From a virus: a stretch of 64,000 bases of DNA. Where the stretch lies: the IMG/VR virus record IMGVR_UViG_3300045988_122046; one strand, given 5' to 3'. Below are positions 1-7,702 of the stretch, in pieces. The first letter of the stretch is position 1; every line of letters starts with the position of its first letter. A model generated the notes under the pieces. The model had not been told where the DNA came from, ran no database searches, and saw only the letters and a list, made by a program, of their open reading frames with translations. Both the position numbers and the translations under genes were made by a program.

Positions 1-57
1 AAAGAAGATGAAGCTAAGTTCTTAAAATTCTTCAACGAAAATCCAGAAGTTATGTAA
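1..57 (+). CDS. 3' end of an upstream gene (partial, ...KEDEAKFLKFFNENPEVM*)
   Basis: Open frame from window edge to TAA at 55-57; product unknown. Confidence 0.35.
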   Translation, partial: KEDEAKFLKFFNENPEVM

Positions 58-81
58 GACCTGCAAAGGTCTTTTGGATTC

Positions 82-153
82 GGAAGTGTCATACAACGGT
101 TAGTATGCGGTGCTGATAACGCCGTCACGAAAGTTCGATTCTTTCCACTTCCA
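82..153 (+). tRNA. tRNA-Ile (anticodon GAT)
   Basis: Hand-folded cloverleaf: acceptor ggaagtg/cacttcc, D-stem atac/gtat, anticodon stem cggtg/cgccg with loop cuGAUaa, T-arm gaaag-ttcgatt-ctttc; 72 nt. Confidence 0.7.
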
Positions 154-182
154 TCTTTATAAAAATCAAAAAATAAAATAAA

Positions 183-211
183 TTGATTTTTATAAAAATA
201 AATGATATAAT
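183..211 (+). promoter_or_regulatory. sigma-A-like promoter (TTGATT-N17-TATAAT), conserved phage promoter family
   Basis: -35 TTGATT 183-188, -10 TATAAT 206-211, AT-rich spacer typical of the family. Confidence 0.5.
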
Positions 212-544
212 AAATATATGAAGTAAATAATAATTGCAAGGTGCTAAGGAGGTTTATCTTCTGAGGGTTCTGTAGGTTACAGAGGTAAGGCGAGTGCAAA
301 TCCACCCAATTATTAAAATATAATAGACTCGGATCAGCAAATTTCTTTTAATACAGTTAAAAGGAAAACAAGAACGCCGGTAGTCCGGCTCCAGCCGATG
401 ACCAATAATTTGAGTTGAAGTAAATAGGGATTATTGATAGGATTACTATTAGAACTTTACGAGTCTTGTTAATTAAAAACCTCTCTTTTAAAAATTTAAG
501 AAATATCTTTTTAAGACACATACAGCAAATTTTGCTTATAGCAA

Positions 545-578
545 ATTATTAACACTGGTTCGAATCCAGTTTTATGCT
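545..578 (+). other. tRNA 3'-half fragment A (anticodon 3' stem attat, variable taac, T-arm actgg-ttcgaat-ccagt, acceptor 3' strand tttatgc, discriminator t)
   Basis: Canonical T-arm GTTCGAATC and acceptor strand; no 5' partner upstream; partner lies downstream (585-614). Confidence 0.45.
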
Positions 579-584
579 CAAGGT

Positions 585-614
585 GCGTAAATAGCCAAGC
601 GGTTAGGCAATAAT
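585..614 (+). other. tRNA 5'-half fragment C (acceptor gcgtaaa, U8 A9, D-arm gcca-agcggtt-aggc, anticodon 5' stem ataat)
   Basis: 7/7 complementarity (one G-U) to acceptor strand of fragment A and 5/5 to its anticodon stem strand, but located downstream of it (permuted order). Confidence 0.45.
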
Positions 615-635
615 TCAAAATGTGTCTTGAAATAA

Positions 636-689
636 TGGGGTATCGCCAAGCGGCAAGGCAAAAATTCTTGGTTCGAAAAGTTCAATTTT
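636..689 (+). other. tRNA 5'-half-like fragment D (acceptor uggggua, D-arm gcca-agcggca-aggc, stem aaaat ... atttt enclosing a 19-nt loop)
   Basis: D-arm nearly identical to fragment C; acceptor strand perfectly complementary (7/7) to fragment B at 1574-1580, 890 nt downstream. Confidence 0.4.
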
Positions 690-736
690 ATTATCTTATT
701 TTTGATATATAATATCAAGAGTAGGAGGAAAAAATA

Positions 737-1465
737 ATGGCAATTATTGACAATTATTCAAAAGAAGAACTAGAGCAGATAGTTAAACAATCTTATTCAA
801 TGAATGAAGTGATTGATAAATTAGGCTATGCAACACATAGTGGAAGTAATAATAATACCGTAAAAACAAGAATAGAAAAATTTCAAATAGGTATTTCTCA
901 TTTTAACTTTCAAAAAAGAACAGAAAGAAAAGAAGAAAATATTTTTATTGAAGAATCAACAGCTTCACAGGCAACTTTAAGAAAATGGTATTTAAAAGGA
1001 CAATATACTCCATATAAATGTTCTATTTGTGGTTTAGAGCCAATATGGCAAGGAAAAGAATTAACTTTAATTCTCGATCATATAAATGGGAAAAACCATG
1101 ATGACAGATTAGAAAATCTTCGTTGGGTTTGTCCTAATTGTAATCAACAATTAGATACCACTGGATTTAAACGAGGTAAAAATAAAGAAAATGTAAAAAA
1201 ATATTATTGTAAAGATTGTGGAATAGAAATAAGTAGAAGCTCAAAAGGACTTTGTCCAATATGTGCTAATAAGATAAAGCGAATTGCAGAAAGACCTACA
1301 AGAGATGAATTAAAACAATTAATAAGAAATTTACCTTTTGTTAAAATTGCTGAGCAATATGGAGTTTCTGATAAAGCTATTACTAAATGGTGTATATCAG
1401 AAAATTTACCTTCAAGAAAAAAAGATATTAAAAAATATTCAGATAAAGAATGGGAAGAAATTTAA
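737..1465 (+). CDS. HNH homing endonuclease
   Basis: HNH/zinc motif ILDHINGKNHDDRLENLRWVCPNCN and second CxxC pair; RBS taggagga 8 nt upstream; lies between tRNA half-fragments. Confidence 0.8.
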   Translation: MAIIDNYSKEELEQIVKQSYSMNEVIDKLGYATHSGSNNNTVKTRIEKFQIGISHFNFQKRTERKEENIFIEESTASQATLRKWYLKGQYTPYKCSICGLEPIWQGKELTLILDHINGKNHDDRLENLRWVCPNCNQQLDTTGFKRGKNKENVKKYYCKDCGIEISRSSKGLCPICANKIKRIAERPTRDELKQLIRNLPFVKIAEQYGVSDKAITKWCISENLPSRKKDIKKYSDKEWEEI

Positions 1466-1478
1466 TACTTCCCAACAT

Positions 1479-1553
1479 AGCGGATTAGCCTAGTTGGTAG
1501 GGCTGCGGACTTTGACTCCGTGTGTTGGACAGGTTCGAACCCTGTATCCGCTG
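1479..1553 (+). tRNA. tRNA-Gln (anticodon TTG)
   Basis: Acceptor agcggat/atccgct (7/7), D-arm gcct-agttggta-gggc, anticodon stem gcgga/tccgt with loop cuUUGac, T-arm acagg-ttcgaac-cctgt; variable region slightly long (7 nt). Confidence 0.65.
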
Positions 1554-1581
1554 TTCGCTGGTTCGAATCCAGCTACCCCAG
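1554..1581 (+). other. tRNA 3'-fragment B (T-arm gctgg-ttcgaat-ccagc plus acceptor 3' strand tacccca, discriminator g)
   Basis: Abuts tRNA-Gln; complementary to 5' acceptor strand of fragment D at 636-642. Confidence 0.4.
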
Positions 1582-2038
1582 CTTAATATTAAATCACAAA
1601 ATCTCATGTGTATGGTATCTGAAATGGTACTGATGGAGATAGCTACGAAATAGTTTAGGAATAAGTAGTATGGTTTAATATTTTAAAGTCTGAGTTGAGG
1701 AAGATGCTCAGCCATAGATGACCTATGAGAGTCTTCCAAGGTTGCTTTGTGCTATAGCCTTGTAAATTAATGGGAAGCATGAGATTCTGGTGAGGGGCTT
1801 ACACTTCACTGTCCTTGTAAGCTAAGGGCTTGACAGAGATGGTATCGAAAGTTAATTTCATTAAAAGCGTCATCTTTTAATGAAGTGAATAAACAGATAC
1901 ATACAGCAATTATACTGCTCATATAGGGCGCTTTCCTGCTAAGAAAGAATATTTCAGTATCTGGCTATTTTTTCCTGTCTTTTTCAGCACACTATTTCTA
2001 CAGGAGTTATTAATGAAAAGGCTGATAAATAAAGGAGA

Positions 2039-2230
2039 TTGAATATGTATATTTGTCCTACTTGTAAAAGAAAATTTGAAAAAGAAGAAAGTCTTTCAAA
2101 ACATTTCCTTTCCTGTTGGAAAGAACAACATCCATCTTATATTTCTAAATCTGCTCCAAGGAGTGAGAATATCGAAACAAGACAGGTAAATGAAGATATA
2201 ATGAATTTCTTTAATTCTTTTAAGGGGTAA
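2039..2230 (+). CDS. small C2H2-like zinc-finger protein
   Basis: CPTCKRKFEKEESLSKHFLSC motif; RBS aaaggagat. Confidence 0.45.
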   Translation: MNMYICPTCKRKFEKEESLSKHFLSCWKEQHPSYISKSAPRSENIETRQVNEDIMNFFNSFKG

Positions 2231-2235
2231 GAATA

Positions 2236-2586
2236 ATGGCAGAGGTTTTAGTAAAAACTCATCTCATTGTAACAGATGTGCATGAAGAATATAATATTAA
2301 TTGGTGCGGCAAGATTATTAATACAAAGCCAAAAATTAAAAATGGTAAACCTATATTTGCGGTTATTGGTAGTCGAGGACGCATTGAATTAAATACAACT
2401 GATATGCAAAGAGTTGAGAAATGTGCTAAATTATTAACTGCTCCAAAAGGTAGACAAGCTATTACAAGTGATACAGCTCACATTTATATTATAGAAGAAA
2501 ATGATAAAGAAACTTTAATGGGTGTTTTAACTCATAATCATGTTAAGAGTTATGCCCCAATGTTTGATAAAGTTGATTTTGTTTAA
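2236..2586 (+). CDS. hypothetical protein
   Basis: ORF with RBS, coding-like composition. Confidence 0.45.
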   Translation: MAEVLVKTHLIVTDVHEEYNINWCGKIINTKPKIKNGKPIFAVIGSRGRIELNTTDMQRVEKCAKLLTAPKGRQAITSDTAHIYIIEENDKETLMGVLTHNHVKSYAPMFDKVDFV

Positions 2587-2647
2587 AATTTGGGGAGTTA
2601 TACTGTAGGGGTAGCAGGCCAGTCTGGTTTTAATAGGAGATTTTATA

Positions 2648-3070
2648 GTGAATGAAATTAATAGAAAACAAATTGGAAGAATTGGATTAAGTATGGCAAT
2701 AAATTATTTTACTTGTCAAGGATATACAGTTTCTCTTCCATTAAATGACACTCAGTGGTATGATTTAATAATTGAAAAAGACGGTATTTTAAAAACTGTA
2801 CAATGTAAAGCTACTCAAACTGAAAGTGGAGAAATTAGTTTGAGAAATACAGGAGGAACAAAAGGAGCTGTTTATGATAATATTATAAATCATTCTGAGC
2901 TTGATTTTTTATTTTGTGTAAATAAAAATTTAGACATGTGGTGTATTCCAGTAAAAGATATTCTTAAAGCTGGTAATCGTAATAGAATAGTTTTACGAAA
3001 TACTCCTACAATAAATAATCAAGGATTTCAAACTTATAAATACCAAGTTCAAATCTTGGATAAGGCATAA
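2648..3070 (+). CDS. YraN/UPF0102-like restriction-endonuclease-fold (PD-(D/E)xK) protein, GTG start
   Basis: Pattern GxxGLxxAxxYFxxQGYxV...YDLIIEKDGxLKTVQCKAT resembles YraN/Hjc family; RBS aggaga 8 nt upstream of GTG; followed by a tRNA 3' fragment. Confidence 0.45.
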   Translation: MNEINRKQIGRIGLSMAINYFTCQGYTVSLPLNDTQWYDLIIEKDGILKTVQCKATQTESGEISLRNTGGTKGAVYDNIINHSELDFLFCVNKNLDMWCIPVKDILKAGNRNRIVLRNTPTINNQGFQTYKYQVQILDKA

Positions 3071-3090
3071 AACTGGTGGCTTCGGTCTCG

Positions 3091-3115
3091 GGTGGTTCGA
3101 CTCCATCACTCCCCA
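3091..3115 (+). other. orphan tRNA 3' fragment E (T-arm ggtgg-ttcgact-ccatc plus acceptor strand actcccc, a)
   Basis: No complementary 5' acceptor strand (ggggagt) within 100 nt upstream. Confidence 0.35.
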
Positions 3116-3577
3116 TCAGGGTGCAACCTAACAGTTCCCTTTAATAACTGGCTTCGGCAAGCAGGGACTAACTGCTGCATAAGAGGTATGCAGGCTCTTA
3201 AAAAATAATAGGTATTTTATTTATGTGTAGTGAATATGGCACGAATTATAAGGTATCCTTAACACAGTTTTTTAAACAATCCTATTTAAGTTGACCATAT
3301 TGAATAAAGACTTTGTTAATGGGAAGATAGTCAATAAAAACTAAAGTAGTGAACCAGGCCCTTGATGGATTTTATAGGTGGGTTTAGTGCAAGGAGCATG
3401 AACAATGAACGCTTGCAGAGTAAGGGGTCGCATGAAAAGGTTTTTATTGACTATTTTTTTTATAAAAACCCAGCTCATATGAAAAGCATAAACTGCTCGC
3501 GCCGGACCCGAACGAGAGAACCGCAAACCCAAATCAAAAAAGCATTTTAGAATTTTTTAGACAAAAAGATTGCTATA

Positions 3578-3606
3578 TTGATTTTTTAATAAAAATATTA
3601 TATAAT
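3578..3606 (+). promoter_or_regulatory. conserved phage promoter (TTGATT-N17-TATAAT)
   Basis: -35 3578-3583, -10 3601-3606. Confidence 0.55.
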
Positions 3607-3646
3607 ATATTTATATTAAAGATAAGAGATAAAGGAGATTTAAAAA

Positions 3647-3997
3647 ATGATGAAAACTACTTTTGGTAAAGAAAAATATCGGGTATTTGTAGACCAGAAT
3701 CAGCGGAAGGTAATTGCAGTAAGCACTTATGCAGGTAAAAATGTAAAAGGCTATGCAAAGGCAGACCCAAGAGACACCTTTGATGTAGAAAAAGGTACTG
3801 AGCTTGCTATTGCCCGTTGTAATGCAAAGATTGCAGAAAAAAGAGCTAAAAGAGCGGCAAGTAAAGTTTCTGAGGCGCTTCAGGAGCTTGCAGAAGCTCA
3901 GAAGCATCTTGTAAAAATGCAGAAATATCTTGTAGATGCAAATGAGGCTTGCGATGTAGCAAAAGCCAATGTTGCGGCTATTGAAAAAACACTTTAA
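3647..3997 (+). CDS. hypothetical coiled-coil protein
   Basis: RBS aaaggagat, promoter upstream; antisense ORF 3611-4009 is low-complexity artefact. Confidence 0.55.
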   Translation: MMKTTFGKEKYRVFVDQNQRKVIAVSTYAGKNVKGYAKADPRDTFDVEKGTELAIARCNAKIAEKRAKRAASKVSEALQELAEAQKHLVKMQKYLVDANEACDVAKANVAAIEKTL

Positions 3998-4043
3998 TAT
4001 AAGGGGCATATGCCCCTTATATTTTTAATATAGGAGGTTTCAT

Positions 4044-4325
4044 ATGCAAAGAAATGCCAGAGGAATTAGAAGAAAACAATCTATTAGAAAAGCAAAGCAT
4101 AAAAGATATATTGCTGAAGTAGTATATGGATGGGAAGATGGATGGTATAGAAATCTTCATGCTTATAGTAAAAATAAAAATTTTTGTTCATGTGAATGTT
4201 GTTCTGGTCAATTTAAAACAAATCCAAAAGGACATTATAGCGCGGGCAAGCGTAACTGGTGTCGAATGGACCGTCGCAGATGGGAGAGTATGGATGAGCA
4301 AGAAAAAGATTTTTCGCAAGCCTAA
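4044..4325 (+). CDS. small basic Cys-rich protein
   Basis: RBS taggaggt; CSCECCSGQ cluster. Confidence 0.5.
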   Translation: MQRNARGIRRKQSIRKAKHKRYIAEVVYGWEDGWYRNLHAYSKNKNFCSCECCSGQFKTNPKGHYSAGKRNWCRMDRRRWESMDEQEKDFSQA

Positions 4326-4488
4326 ACCGCAACCACCAAAATGGTTTTGGTTAGATACTGATGGATGTTGGGATTGTAATTGTAACCATCATGGATGCCG
4401 TAATTGTAAGCGATTAAAAGAAATGCGTAAAATCGAAAAAGATAAACGTGAGCGAAAAGAAAAACAAAAAATCCAATCTTATTATTAA
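4294..4488 (+). CDS. small basic Cys-rich protein (overlaps previous gene in +1 frame; possible frameshift partner)
   Basis: ATG 4294 with ggagag upstream; CWDCNCNHHGCRNCKRL cluster; upstream part of ORF-track frame (4126-4290) looks non-coding. Confidence 0.35.
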   Translation: MSKKKIFRKPKPQPPKWFWLDTDGCWDCNCNHHGCRNCKRLKEMRKIEKDKRERKEKQKIQSYY

Positions 4489-4554
4489 GGCTGGATTTTT
4501 TATTTATTATCCAGTGTTATCTATTATAACATATTTTCAGTTGAAAAATCAAAA

Positions 4555-4583
4555 TTGATTTTTTATAAAAAATATTATATAAT
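4555..4583 (+). promoter_or_regulatory. conserved phage promoter
   Basis: TTGATT 4555-4560, TATAAT 4578-4583. Confidence 0.55.
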
Positions 4584-4614
4584 TATTATAGAAAAAGATA
4601 AGAGGATGATAAAT

Positions 4615-5238
4615 ATGAGAAAAATGTTTGGAACAATGTTAGCAACTGAAGATTACGCTTTAGGAGCAAGACGTTTATATGACAGCTTAAAAACTGTCAA
4701 TAGTATTTATCAAAATGATTTTTTTATTCTATTAGCCAGTAACATAAATATAGATAATATAAAAAAAATCTTTCCTGAAAAAGGTGTTTTTATTGCAAAT
4801 TTTAATCTTTTAAATACTCCTAATTTAGACAGAGATGAAAGGATTAAATATACAATAAATAAAATTTATGCTTTTCAAGTGCCAGTAGGAATCAAACTAT
4901 GTTTAGTTGATTCAGATATATATTTTATTAAAAACTGTGACCATTATTTAGACTTTCCTGCGGGAAGTGCTTATCCTGCCGCACATCCTCCTCACAGTGC
5001 GAATGGTGGAGTCATTATTTTTGAGAATGATTTTCAAAGTTTCTTAAAAGGAAAGGAAATTATTGATAATTTTAATGGTGATTTCCGCATTAATGATGAG
5101 TATATATGGAAAGAATTATGGCAGAATTTTTCAACTGATTATGAAAAACACTTGCCTATTGGAGATTGGTATAATAATGAAGAACAAATGCGAGTTGTTC
5201 ATGAAGATGGATTTCCAAAACAATGGATGATAAATTGA
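4615..5238 (+). CDS. family-8-like (glycogenin-like) nucleotide-sugar glycosyltransferase
   Basis: N-terminal FGTMLATEDYALGARRLYDSLKTV like GT8 (glycogenin AFVTL..YxxGAxVLxxSL) and DxD motif LVDSDIYF; start at ATG 4615 after RBS agaggatga. Confidence 0.5.
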   Translation: MRKMFGTMLATEDYALGARRLYDSLKTVNSIYQNDFFILLASNINIDNIKKIFPEKGVFIANFNLLNTPNLDRDERIKYTINKIYAFQVPVGIKLCLVDSDIYFIKNCDHYLDFPAGSAYPAAHPPHSANGGVIIFENDFQSFLKGKEIIDNFNGDFRINDEYIWKELWQNFSTDYEKHLPIGDWYNNEEQMRVVHEDGFPKQWMIN

Positions 5239-5263
5239 TTTTATTTTAAAAATATTATATAAT
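5235..5263 (+). promoter_or_regulatory. conserved phage promoter
   Basis: TTGATT 5235-5240, TATAAT 5258-5263. Confidence 0.55.
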
Positions 5264-5300
5264 ATATTTATAAGATAAAGAAAGAGAGAATGATAAATAA

Positions 5301-6419
5301 ATGCAGATTGTAAACACAGGAAATATTTATAGAATTTATGACGACAGTGTTCAGACTTCAGATAAATTACCTGCCCAGTGTTATCAGGTAGATTTTAATC
5401 CGCAAGCAGGATTCTATTTAACCAAGTATGATGACATTAAAATCTCTGAAAAGATTTATGGAGTTCATCTTCAGAAAGTCCAAAAGGTATTGGGTTCTTT
5501 TAAACTTGTTAATAGAAATCTTGGTGTAATTTTATCTGGCGATAAAGGTATTGGAAAATCTCTTTTTGCTAAATTACTTGCGGCAAAGGGCATAGAAGAA
5601 GGTTATCCACTTATTATTGTAAACTGTTATTATCCAGGAATTGCAGATTTTCTTGCTTCAATCCAACAGGAAGTTGTAGTTCTTTTCGATGAGTTTGATA
5701 AAACATTTTCTGGTAAAAGAGATGAATCAAATTCTATCGCCGATCCGCAAACAGAAATGCTTACACTCTTTGATGGATTAAGTCAAGGAAAGAAACTTTT
5801 TGTAATTACTTGCAATGAGTTAAGAGGGTTAAATGACTACCTTGTCAATAGACCTGGTCGTTTTCATTATCACATTCGCTTTGAGTATCCAACAGATATG
5901 GAAGTAAAATCCTATCTTGAAGATCAGGTTCCAGAGTGTATGTATGGTGAAATTAATAAAGTAATTGCATTTAGTCATAAAGTTAATCTTAATTATGACT
6001 GTTTGCGGGCAATTGCTTTTGAGCTTACTCTTGGCTCTACATTCGAAGATGCAATTAAAGACTTAAATATTATTCGTATTGAAAAAGAAACTTATAATGC
6101 AATTCTTTATTTTAAAGATGGCGGACATGTTAAAAGAACTGTTTACCTTGATTTATTTGAAGAAGAGACTATTACCATGGATTGTTATGATGAAAATGGC
6201 TTTAATTTCTATGCTTCATTTGAATCTGGCGGTATAACCTATGATTATGATAAAGGCGGTATGATCGTTGATGGTAAAAAGGTTGGTCTTAATTGGCTGC
6301 CTAACTATTATGATGATAATGATGAAGAGATTGCAGCTCTCAAAAAGCGTCAGGAAAGAGAGGTAGATTATATTTCTCTTCGTAGAGCTGGGGCAAAAAA
6401 TCTTCATTATGCTCTTTAA
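5301..6419 (+). CDS. AAA+ ATPase
   Basis: Walker A GDKGIGKS, Walker B VVVLFDEFDK, sensor-1 VITCNE. Confidence 0.7.
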   Translation: MQIVNTGNIYRIYDDSVQTSDKLPAQCYQVDFNPQAGFYLTKYDDIKISEKIYGVHLQKVQKVLGSFKLVNRNLGVILSGDKGIGKSLFAKLLAAKGIEEGYPLIIVNCYYPGIADFLASIQQEVVVLFDEFDKTFSGKRDESNSIADPQTEMLTLFDGLSQGKKLFVITCNELRGLNDYLVNRPGRFHYHIRFEYPTDMEVKSYLEDQVPECMYGEINKVIAFSHKVNLNYDCLRAIAFELTLGSTFEDAIKDLNIIRIEKETYNAILYFKDGGHVKRTVYLDLFEEETITMDCYDENGFNFYASFESGGITYDYDKGGMIVDGKKVGLNWLPNYYDDNDEEIAALKKRQEREVDYISLRRAGAKNLHYAL

Positions 6420-6427
6420 ATAAAAAT

Positions 6428-6456
6428 TTGCTTTTAAAAAAAATATATGTTATAAT
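6428..6456 (+). promoter_or_regulatory. promoter (TTGCTT-N17-TATAAT) driving tRNA-like element and tRNA-Leu
   Basis: -35 6428-6433, -10 6451-6456. Confidence 0.45.
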
Positions 6457-6473
6457 TTATATATAAATTAAAA

Positions 6474-6572
6474 AAGACACTTTCTCAGCAATTAAAGAAA
6501 ATGGATAATAAAATTGTGTTGTGAATGATTTTTAGAGGGTTCAAATCCCTTAAATGAAAAATAAAGTGTCTT
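6474..6572 (+). ncRNA. tRNA-like / pseudo-tRNA element
   Basis: Terminal 7-bp helix aagacac/gtgtctt encloses a canonical T-arm gaggg-ttcaaat-ccctt, but D and anticodon arms do not fold; cotranscribed with tRNA-Leu. Confidence 0.3.
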
Positions 6573-6592
6573 GATAAACTATTCAAGATAAA

Positions 6593-6614
6593 CTCCTCAC
6601 CGGAGTGTGAGGAG
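6593..6614 (+). other. perfect 8-bp GC-rich hairpin (ctcctcac-cggagt-gtgaggag) between tRNA-like element and tRNA-Leu
   Basis: Inverted repeat read directly; no T-run, so likely processing site or structural element rather than terminator. Confidence 0.4.
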
Positions 6615-6620
6615 TATTAA

Positions 6621-6702
6621 GCTGGTATGGTGGAACGGTATACACGGCGGACTTAAAATCCGCTGGCTCCGAGCCTTGCGGGTTCGAATCCCGCTACCAG
6701 CA
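6621..6702 (+). tRNA. tRNA-Leu (anticodon TAA), class II with long variable arm
   Basis: Acceptor gctggta/taccagc, anticodon stem gcgga/tccgc loop cuUAAaa, variable hairpin ggctc-cga-gagcc, T-arm gcggg-ttcgaat-cccgc; 82 nt. Confidence 0.75.
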
Positions 6703-6787
6703 CTGACTAAAAATCAATAGGAGGGATAATATATGTTCTATCATATTGGTACAGTCTTCTAAGTCCTTAGAAAGGAGGATTTAGATA

Positions 6788-7114
6788 ATGAGTAGAAGTT
6801 ATAAAAAAACGCCTTGGTCTGGAGATAGAAAAGGTAAAATAAAAAAACGGATTGCGAATCAAACAGTTCGTTCTTGGTTAAAACAGCATCCAGATGTAAA
6901 ACTTTCAAAAGGTGATTTTAAAAAAATTTATGAAACTTGGGACATTTGTGATTATGGATATAAAATGACTTGGGAAGAATATTGGGAGAGTGAAGTTAGA
7001 CATTATTATTGGTTTAAAATGAATTTTCCTGAAATGAAAACTTCTAAATATTGTAAATATCCAGATAAAAAAGAAACTTATAGACAGTGGTACAAATGGT
7101 ATAAAATGAAATAA
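6788..7114 (+). CDS. hypothetical W/Y-rich protein
   Basis: RBS aaaggaggat. Confidence 0.5.
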   Translation: MSRSYKKTPWSGDRKGKIKKRIANQTVRSWLKQHPDVKLSKGDFKKIYETWDICDYGYKMTWEEYWESEVRHYYWFKMNFPEMKTSKYCKYPDKKETYRQWYKWYKMK

Positions 7115-7115
7115 T

Positions 7116-7144
7116 TTGATTTTTATAAAATTTTTTGATATAAT
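7116..7144 (+). promoter_or_regulatory. conserved phage promoter upstream of tRNA-Gly
   Basis: TTGATT 7116-7121, TATAAT 7139-7144, leader AGAAAGTTAAAG. Confidence 0.55.
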
Positions 7145-7224
7145 AAATATAGAAAGTTAAAGAACTTTCCTCTTTTTAAATTTCCTCTTAAAAATAGCAA
7201 ATGTTTAAAACATTTGCTAAATAT

Positions 7225-7296
7225 GCGGGTGTAGTGTAGTTGGCAACATACGTGTCTTCCAAACATGTGTCACGGGTTCAAATCCCGTTATCCGCT
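7225..7296 (+). tRNA. tRNA-Gly (anticodon TCC)
   Basis: Acceptor gcgggtg/tatccgc (two G-U), D-stem gtgt/acat, anticodon stem cgtgt/acatg loop cuUCCaa, T-arm acggg-ttcaaat-cccgt; 72 nt. Confidence 0.65.
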
Positions 7297-7593
7297 CTAA
7301 AGAGCCATAAACTGCAAAACAATTTATATCTTCAAATGGATATTATTGGGTAAAATCACATACATATTAAAATATGATGATTTAATAATGCAATGCTTCT
7401 CAGTAGACTAAATAGGCTGGGCTCTTGATATACAAAGCAGTATTAGTGAAAAGAAGCATCTATTTAATTTTTAATGGTTTTATAATTTACATTAAGGCAT
7501 AAACAGCAATCGTTGATTAAATTCAAGCAAATATTTTATTATATGACAATAAAACATATTTTTGAAAAAGGATGATTATTATGCCTTGAAAAA

Positions 7594-7616
7594 AGGGGCA
7601 TTTTGTCCCCTTTTTT
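7594..7616 (+). terminator. rho-independent terminator
   Basis: gggg-cattttgt-cccc followed by TTTTTT; directly precedes tRNA-Lys. Confidence 0.5.
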
Positions 7617-7689
7617 GTGCCAGTAACTCAGTTGGTAGAGTATCAAACTTTTAATTTGAGAGTCGCGGGTTCAAGTCCCGCCTGGCACA
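7617..7689 (+). tRNA. tRNA-Lys (anticodon TTT)
   Basis: Acceptor gtgccag/ctggcac, D-stem actc/gagt, anticodon stem tcaaa/tttga loop cuUUUaa, T-arm gcggg-ttcaagt-cccgc; 73 nt. Confidence 0.8.
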
Positions 7690-7702
7690 CTTTTAAAGGA
7701 GA

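Noticed and set aside
230-740. Possible tmRNA (tRNA-like 3' end, GGGG-containing 5' half, upstream SD-like sequence)
   Set aside because: No plausible tag reading frame ending in a hydrophobic …AA-stop, no pseudoknot-rich body, and the halves are separated by a protein gene and a tRNA. The split/permuted tRNA description fits better.
3091-3115. tRNA 3' fragment as a phage attP core (integration into host tRNA)
   Set aside because: No integrase or recombination directionality factor is present in the window. The gene content looks virulent (own replisome, many promoters of one class). The fragment is better grouped with the other homing-endonuclease-associated tRNA pieces.
3611-4009. Minus-strand ORF (132 aa) antisense to 3647-3997
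   Set aside because: The translation is low-complexity and Leu/Phe/Ile-rich, with no RBS. The + strand ORF has a promoter, an RBS and a coding-like sequence. The same logic applies to the minus ORFs at 6216-6407, 8492-9499, 17113-17415, 18226-18861, 21068-21358, 26071-26787, 45390-46049, etc.
7577-7590. Mini-ORF ATG-CCT-TGA (Met-Pro-stop) with RBS aaaaggatga, just before the terminator that precedes tRNA-Lys
   Set aside because: It could be a leader or stalling mini-ORF but is most likely coincidental. There is no supporting context.
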